DNA of 64,000 nucleotides from Candidatus Microgenomatus sp. (GTDB lineage Bacteria; Patescibacteriota; Microgenomatia; UBA8517): NCBI GenBank assembly GCA_020724555.1, contig DYGT01000001.1, positions 65,197 to 129,196 of the forward strand, read 5' to 3'. Shown piece by piece: positions 58,149 to 64,000 of this stretch (position 1 is its first letter; each line of letters starts with the position of its first letter). The notes under the pieces were generated by a model. It saw only the letters and a program-made list of their open reading frames with translations, ran no database searches and was not told where the DNA came from. The position numbers and the translations under genes were made by a program.

Positions 58149-59826
58149 CAATCTTCAATCTTCTGAGACCTTCTAGTATTTCATGCTGTGTTAGTTGAGG
58201 TCCTGTATGACTTGCAGGATTGAACGTTCTCTCTTCATGGCTAGCGTAAAATTGTAGTCCACCGGTTCCGGCCATTTTTGCGGGAGCCATAGCCTCACCA
58301 AACGCACTTCCATAAGAAATTGGTCTACCTGTGATAAATCCTTTTATCATGTCGGCTGCTTTTGGCACCATAAATAAGAAGATTACGCTTACACCAAGCA
58401 AAATGATTGATCCAAAATCTCCACCCAATAAACCAACCAGAGGAGGCCAACCATCTCCAAAGCCCATTCCTGGATCGCCTATGTCTCCAAATAATGGAAC
58501 TATATCTGCGGCTGACTCAAGCAGTTCATATGCAGCGGTTGCTTTTACTGCTTCAGAAAAGGCATGGGCAAGGAATAGGTATGAAAAGGCGAACAATAGC
58601 CCTACTACTGGAAAAACTGCTAGTTGTGCTGTTAAATTTTTTACCCACGAACCAAAACCCAACCCAGGAATGATTATGCCGGCAACAATATAAAGCGGTG
58701 AAAACATAACAAGCAGAAGAACCATTGCGGTTGTTTTTATAAGCATCCAGGTGATTTTGAAAAACATCACAATTAACACGATCCACAAAATTATAAAAGT
58801 TATAAGCATAATAATTAGAGCAAGTGGTAGCAGGAACAATCCGCCTGCGAACACAATGTTTCCTAGCACCCCAGAAGGAAGCGATATTAAGGCTATCATT
58901 AAAGTAAAAGGTATCGCATAAAGATTAAAAAATAAAAACCCATAAACTCCAGTACCAGCAAAACCTTCTGTTAGAAGCTCAAACGTTGATTCAGAAAAAA
59001 AGTTTGTCAGGTCGTTTGGAAGAATCGGGTCAAGAAAAATAGATATTATTCCTATGACCACGTACATCATGTCCACCATAAAACCCGCTATGGCGTAAGA
59101 AAAGGTAACAAGTATTAGGGCAATTGCTAGTTTTGGTAATGCAGATTGAACTGTCATAACAGTTTGGGGCGAAGTTTTAACGCGAAACATAATCATAAAA
59201 GATAGGACAATTGCAATTACGACAAATAGCGCGTACGACATGTCACGAATTTCTTTCCAAACCGTGAGAGTAACACCTTCAAATCTGGTGTACCCAAAAC
59301 CAGTTTGAGCTTCAACTGTGGGTATTAAGTTAAAATTTTGTATTTTATGTTTAACATACGAAATACCAGAAAATGTCCTTTCTTGGAAAATTTTACTTGC
59401 TAAAGATTGATTTTTGTCCTTTGTGGAAGCATCGCTGATTTTAGGGGTTGAGGCGACTTTTCTGAGTATGTTTATAGTGTCGTTAAATCCGTTTACGCAG
59501 GTGTTTATGTCAACAGTGTGCTCAATAGCTAAATTTAAAAAACAACTAACATTATTTGGCTGAAGAATTTTGGTGGCTGGCCAAGTGAGAACTGACATTA
59601 TAATCCAATCTACTTGCGCTGCTGTATAGCGTTCACCAAAAATTTCCGAAGGGTTGCTGTCATCATAGACCTGGGTATACCACTCTGCTGGATTTTGGTT
59701 ATACCATTGGGCATTGGCGGCAGATGGGGCAATGGAAAAGAAAATTATAAATACAGCAAAAAAAGAAATGAGCAGGCGTTTTAACATGTTAATATTTGTT
59801 TTTGGTGTCACCTTATATGATAGCAT
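58141..59826 (-). CDS. VirB6/TrbL-like polytopic membrane protein
   Basis: Signal or anchor sequence, an extracytoplasmic domain, at least six TM helices, and a Gly-rich C-terminal tail. This is the typical VirB6/TrbL/ConG architecture. Confidence 0.55.
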   Translation of the reverse strand: MLSYKVTPKTNINMLKRLLISFFAVFIIFFSIAPSAANAQWYNQNPAEWYTQVYDDSNPSEIFGERYTAAQVDWIIMSVLTWPATKILQPNNVSCFLNLAIEHTVDINTCVNGFNDTINILRKVASTPKISDASTKDKNQSLASKIFQERTFSGISYVKHKIQNFNLIPTVEAQTGFGYTRFEGVTLTVWKEIRDMSYALFVVIAIVLSFMIMFRVKTSPQTVMTVQSALPKLAIALILVTFSYAIAGFMVDMMYVVIGIISIFLDPILPNDLTNFFSESTFELLTEGFAGTGVYGFLFFNLYAIPFTLMIALISLPSGVLGNIVFAGGLFLLPLALIIMLITFIILWIVLIVMFFKITWMLIKTTAMVLLLVMFSPLYIVAGIIIPGLGFGSWVKNLTAQLAVFPVVGLLFAFSYLFLAHAFSEAVKATAAYELLESAADIVPLFGDIGDPGMGFGDGWPPLVGLLGGDFGSIILLGVSVIFLFMVPKAADMIKGFITGRPISYGSAFGEAMAPAKMAGTGGLQFYASHEERTFNPASHTGPQLTQHEILEGLRRLKIVR

Positions 59827-59856
59827 CTGGGATTTAAATTTAAAAATAGGTAAATT

Positions 59857-62800
59857 TTAGGGATGGCAGCTTAAATCGGTGGGGTACTTGGGCTGACAAC
59901 CGTTAAATATCGACGACATGGTTCTTGCGGTTTTGTCAGCATAACTTATGGCACTATTGTTTACGCTACAAGTTTCACTTGCTCCTTGCTGATAAACTCT
60001 GGAAAAAGTGCCTAAATTACAACCATCCTCAAAGCACTGACCATATGTGTTTGGATAATAATAAGGAAGACGTAGAAACCTGTTAAGTTGGGCTGCAAAG
60101 TTACCGGCTATAGACGGATCATTTATACCAAAGTCTTGCACTGTTTGGCTAGGTCTACTGGGATCGCAAGTGGTGATATTTGAGTTATAATTACTTGCGC
60201 CAGACTCTTGAATCCAAATAGCAAGCGTATAAATGGGATTTACTTGTGCCTCAAGCGACTTGCTGACAACGGTGTTATAACAGTATTCAACCAAACTATT
60301 TTCCCCTCCGGTTTCAACCCACCTTTTAGCCAGGTCAATAACGTTTTGTTTAAACACACCATCGTAGCCCGCGGGGATGGGTGCGTTCGGGTTACATTCA
60401 TCTGGTGTGGATTCGCACAAAACCCCCTCTCTATAATCGATATTTGAAGGTGGTGCTGTAGAAGATGGACACGCGATAGATTCAAAATAGTTATAGGCAG
60501 GGGCCAATGACTGTCCGATGGTTGATAAATTAATCCCTGCATCTTTTGGTCGCAGTGCCTTTTGAATACCCTTGAGGAAGTAATCGTAGATTGAGCCCAA
60601 ATGGGGAATATAAAGGCTGGCATTTGTTCCGGGACGACTTCTATTGGGATCACCGGCATTGGTTTCAGTAGCATTTGAGCTGTAGGATATTTTTGTGTCT
60701 GCAGGTATGTCTTTAATTTCCGTGACCGGCCGTCCCTCTCCAACTTTTGGGTAAATACGCTTAAATGTGGACATTTCACCATTTACATACCGCTCCCAAA
60801 GTTCTTCAATATTGGGAGTGTTTGTATAAAGGGAGAGTCCGGTAGACAACTCCACAGTACAGTTGCCATAACTGATACTTGGGATTGGTTCGCAACCTTG
60901 CGATACACATGCATCGCCGCCTGATTCGTGCCAAAAACCGTCGTCACCGCAAGTAAACTCGCGGCAATAGTCGCTTGCAGGTTCTGGTTGTAATCTGCAG
61001 GCAACGGCTCCGGGTGTGCTGCAGGTATAATCGGCTCCACTGCCGCCCGTTGTTTCTTGCCTTGGAAATGTACAAGTAAATTCTCCCGAATAAACAATAT
61101 TGCCTGTTAAGTGTGGGTTTTCGGGGTAATCGCCAAAAAGGTCGTCTCCTGGATTAGGGTTTCTGCTCTCCAGGGGTTCGCAAAAGTTTGTGTTATAACC
61201 TGCGGATTGTGTATTTTGGGGAATAAAATTGGAATCCACAAGCCATTTATTTTTTAGCTCGGTGTCAATGCCGGTCACATAAGTGCTTTGGATTAATGCT
61301 CCAAGTTCCGCTGTTTCCTGCATGTGGGGGAAAAATAAACTTTTGCTGTTTGTACCATCTTCGTCGTCGGGCACAAAAGATACTGTTTGATTTCTTAAGT
61401 CACTTGGAGGCTGCGTTTTGGCGCTCTGCATAGAAATTTGTCCAACCCTGTCTTCGGTAGAGGAATAGGGGATATTGTAAAAAAGCTCCCCCGGCCATTT
61501 AGGCAGTAGGTCCTCGCCCCCTGGATCAAAGCACCAGTAAACAAAACCCAAGCTTAAGCAAAAATCCCCGCGCCACTCTTTGTAAGCCATCCAATAGTCA
61601 GAAAAATTTTCGTAATTTTCTCTTAGTGGAGGCAGCTCTCCAACCCAATCGGTAAGTCTTTTGGTTTCCACTTTTACCTTTAAGTCTGGCGTTAACCAAT
61701 CTATGGCCGATCCAAAACTAACTTTGAGTTCGTCTAATTCATCAGAGGTGATCTCCATATCCCCATTTTCGTCTAGCTCTGGATAACAAGGACCGGGAGG
61801 ATTTGCATCCACATCTTTTCCTTTTGTAAAGCTGTCGGGGACAAGGTAATCCACAGGGCCCAAATTATTTAAAAAATTAAAGAAATCGCCTACGGTTGCT
61901 ATAGCATCAAAAAAAGAATTGTAGCCCTCTAGCTTGTATAAACACCCTACAATTTGGTTATGGCGTGGTCCGTTTTCGTCACTTTCTTTTTTGTTTTCCC
62001 CATCTTGGTTTATGTCTCCTCCCTCGGTTCTTTCTATCTCCTCTAACCTTTCTTTTGTTTGGACGTCTTTAGGAAGCATTTTGTTTAAGGGACCCGAGAA
62101 GTTTATCACCTCACCAGCCCTTTGCCGAAGAGTTTCGTAATCTTCGTCGCTTATCTCTTCCGGTTTCCCGGGATATTCTTCATAATAAACCGGCCGGTTT
62201 TCTTCTGCGCGGTAAACAGTGCCATTCATATACCAGCTTAAGTATTCGTTCATCCTTTGCGCATCTGTTAATGTCCCAAAAGGACGGTATTGGCTATTAT
62301 TAACATAAGGGCCTTGGGTCAAGCCTACGATGGGAAGCTCGGCAGTGCTTAAATCTACATCTACATGAATTTCGCGCTCATTAACTTCAAATTGACAAAC
62401 CATATTTCCGGCAATTTCTTCACAATCTTCCTTCAGGCTAATACCGGTGGGTAATGCACCTGCCCATGTGAGTTCAATTTTTTCTGTAGCTATTAAATCG
62501 TTTGCGCACATGGCGTAACTTACGGCTGGTTCGGGATTGCATGGGCTGGCTTGAAACGGCCGAAGTGAGTGAAAATCCATGTTGTCATAGACTTGATCAC
62601 AAGCTATATACGGAGGAGGGAATGGGTCTTTGTTTACGGGTATAGGAGGATGCGATATTGAACTGCAATTTTCTACATCTACTTCTGTGCCATCATGTTT
62701 AAATACTCTGCCTTCTATGTAGTACCACCACGTTTCACCAGTTTGACGTTTACCGTCGCAAATAGGAATGATTAAGGTTGTGGCCGTGGGCACATCCGAT

Positions 62801-63618
62801 GGTAGTTCGTGACTTTGGTACCATGCAACTTGTTCAGAAACGTCAGGGTTTTTACCAGGTTCCATACCCCAACCTTCAAAGTGTACAACAGGTGCACCAC
62901 ACATTTTTTCTTGCTGATATTGGTGAATATTAAGCCATGAATAGCGCCCGCCACCCACGGTGGGTTCGAGTTCAAAAATGTCTGACACATTTACATCTAC
63001 CCAGTCGCAAGTGTTTCCATAACTATTTCTATAACTTGTAAAGGCACTCATCCATGGATCTGCGTTATAGTTAGGGTTTCCCATAAATAAGTCCGGAGGT
63101 GCGGGTGCCAGAGGGTATGCATTATCTAAAGCAGCTGCAAATTTTATAAATTTATCTGCATAATGTCTGGCTGCGGTTTCAACCGAAACCCCCGGCTCGT
63201 TCCAAAACTCAGGGTCTAGATTGTTCATTTCGACCCCCAGAATTACAGCCTTTATTCCATTTGGAAATTCGCTCGGTCCAATTTCTTTCAACCGGAGAGC
63301 ATAATTGATAATTTCGGTATCTGGAGTGTTTGCGTCAATGTCTACACGTAAATAGATTGATGGATTCTGAGTTTTGTCGGTTATGGGGTTGAAAGGCTGG
63401 GTTTCTCCATGCCTTAAATAATTGATAACAGACACAACACCTGTGTAATTTTGTCTATAAACAACCGTATCGCCAGCTTTGGAAATTGCGAGCTCTGGAC
63501 CTATGGGATACACGCCACCCTGGGCTTTTACAGGAGTTTTGCTGTTTTGCCAAGACCTTCCCACCAAAAAAGAAATAGCTATCAAACTTAACAGAATTAC
63601 ATATTTTATCTTTAACAC
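59857..63618 (-). CDS. Giant secreted Cys-rich protein (1253 aa), candidate T4SS surface/adhesin or cell-wall-active component
   Basis: Signal peptide MLKIKYVILLSLIAISFLV. It is rich in Cys, Trp, Tyr, Asn and Pro. The C-terminal region has AIWIQESGAS, reminiscent of the lytic-transglycosylase ES motif (unverified). Confidence 0.55.
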   Translation of the reverse strand: MLKIKYVILLSLIAISFLVGRSWQNSKTPVKAQGGVYPIGPELAISKAGDTVVYRQNYTGVVSVINYLRHGETQPFNPITDKTQNPSIYLRVDIDANTPDTEIINYALRLKEIGPSEFPNGIKAVILGVEMNNLDPEFWNEPGVSVETAARHYADKFIKFAAALDNAYPLAPAPPDLFMGNPNYNADPWMSAFTSYRNSYGNTCDWVDVNVSDIFELEPTVGGGRYSWLNIHQYQQEKMCGAPVVHFEGWGMEPGKNPDVSEQVAWYQSHELPSDVPTATTLIIPICDGKRQTGETWWYYIEGRVFKHDGTEVDVENCSSISHPPIPVNKDPFPPPYIACDQVYDNMDFHSLRPFQASPCNPEPAVSYAMCANDLIATEKIELTWAGALPTGISLKEDCEEIAGNMVCQFEVNEREIHVDVDLSTAELPIVGLTQGPYVNNSQYRPFGTLTDAQRMNEYLSWYMNGTVYRAEENRPVYYEEYPGKPEEISDEDYETLRQRAGEVINFSGPLNKMLPKDVQTKERLEEIERTEGGDINQDGENKKESDENGPRHNQIVGCLYKLEGYNSFFDAIATVGDFFNFLNNLGPVDYLVPDSFTKGKDVDANPPGPCYPELDENGDMEITSDELDELKVSFGSAIDWLTPDLKVKVETKRLTDWVGELPPLRENYENFSDYWMAYKEWRGDFCLSLGFVYWCFDPGGEDLLPKWPGELFYNIPYSSTEDRVGQISMQSAKTQPPSDLRNQTVSFVPDDEDGTNSKSLFFPHMQETAELGALIQSTYVTGIDTELKNKWLVDSNFIPQNTQSAGYNTNFCEPLESRNPNPGDDLFGDYPENPHLTGNIVYSGEFTCTFPRQETTGGSGADYTCSTPGAVACRLQPEPASDYCREFTCGDDGFWHESGGDACVSQGCEPIPSISYGNCTVELSTGLSLYTNTPNIEELWERYVNGEMSTFKRIYPKVGEGRPVTEIKDIPADTKISYSSNATETNAGDPNRSRPGTNASLYIPHLGSIYDYFLKGIQKALRPKDAGINLSTIGQSLAPAYNYFESIACPSSTAPPSNIDYREGVLCESTPDECNPNAPIPAGYDGVFKQNVIDLAKRWVETGGENSLVEYCYNTVVSKSLEAQVNPIYTLAIWIQESGASNYNSNITTCDPSRPSQTVQDFGINDPSIAGNFAAQLNRFLRLPYYYPNTYGQCFEDGCNLGTFSRVYQQGASETCSVNNSAISYADKTARTMSSIFNGCQPKYPTDLSCHP

Positions 63619-63655
63619 AGTCTATTTTAGCATTTAACTTAAATGAAGCTCAAAT

Positions 63656-63982
63656 CTATCTGTTAAGGTAAATGTTAAAGTTTCGAATAGCTCCTTGTCC
63701 TGTAAGGGCGGCAATAGTGTTTATGATTAAATAGGCCATAGCCGCAAAAGCAAGCCCTGCAATAGCCCAAGTAATGGCATTTTTAGCGGCCGCTGTTTTT
63801 TGCTGGTCGCCTCCTGAGGTTATAAATTTAAATCCACCAACAATAAGCATAAGAAAAAGGACGATTGCCAAAAGGGGAAGGGCAAACGTTAAAACGTTTG
63901 AAAATATTATTTCTAAATCTTTAAAGCTTGCAGGCTCATCCCCTGATATGTTTTGTGGTACTTGCGCATAAATTGTCTGCAT
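63656..63982 (-). CDS. VirB2/TrbC-like pilin candidate (small two-TM protein)
   Basis: 108 aa with two hydrophobic segments and a Gly/Ala-rich region, at the upstream end of the minus-strand T4SS-like operon. Confidence 0.4.
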   Translation of the reverse strand: MQTIYAQVPQNISGDEPASFKDLEIIFSNVLTFALPLLAIVLFLMLIVGGFKFITSGGDQQKTAAAKNAITWAIAGLAFAAMAYLIINTIAALTGQGAIRNFNIYLNR

Positions 63983-64000
63983 ATATAAAAAGTTTATCCT

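Noticed and set aside
60240-61097. ORFs of 180 and 104 aa inside the giant secreted-protein gene (same strand, different frame, plus a plus-strand 79-aa ORF)
   Set aside because: They are alternative-frame overlaps within a 3.7-kb continuous ORF and have no independent signals.
1-64000. CRISPR arrays or large DNA tandem repeats
   Set aside because: No regularly spaced direct repeats were seen. Repetitiveness is limited to protein-level Pro-rich and GGM tracts.

Overview
This is a low-GC, gene-dense bacterial chromosome segment, and its gene content looks like a CPR/Patescibacteria-type genome. Supporting that: archaeal-type TIM with an EPPELIG motif, class I FBA, a split transketolase, short ValRS and PGK, and many small membrane proteins.

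The window spans the replication origin. rpmH-rnpA-yidD-yidC-jag run on the minus strand, and dnaA and dnaN on the plus strand, with DnaA-box clusters on both sides of dnaA.

Left of the origin, in order:
- Three tRNAs (two CAU anticodons, one UAU) flanking a tyrosine recombinase.
- A VirD4/TraD-like type IV coupling ATPase.
- An nrdR-nrdJ-pduO cobalamin-dependent RNR operon preceded by tandem NrdR boxes.
- A CPBP(Abi)-protease module, two class A PBPs, and a beta-lactamase-like serine hydrolase.
- A long glycolysis/pentose-phosphate operon.
- groES-groEL with a CIRCE-like operator, a VapBC toxin-antitoxin pair, a sugar-binding protein, VanW, tsaD, valS and rplY.

Right of the origin (50.4-64 kb, probably continuing past the window end) is the most interesting locus: a head-on-oriented type IV secretion-like gene cluster. 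It carries VirB4 split into two ORFs, a VirB6/TrbL-like polytopic protein, a VirB2-like pilin candidate, and a VirB3-like protein fused to a CarbopepD_reg beta-sandwich. It also encodes a membrane-tethered HExxH...E zincin, a 1253-aa Cys-rich secreted giant protein, and a divergently transcribed 838-aa acidic protein with no recognisable domain. No relaxase is visible. The matching coupling protein lies 46 kb away next to the tRNA/integrase hotspot.

Every annotation is by eye from the provided translations, without database searches.
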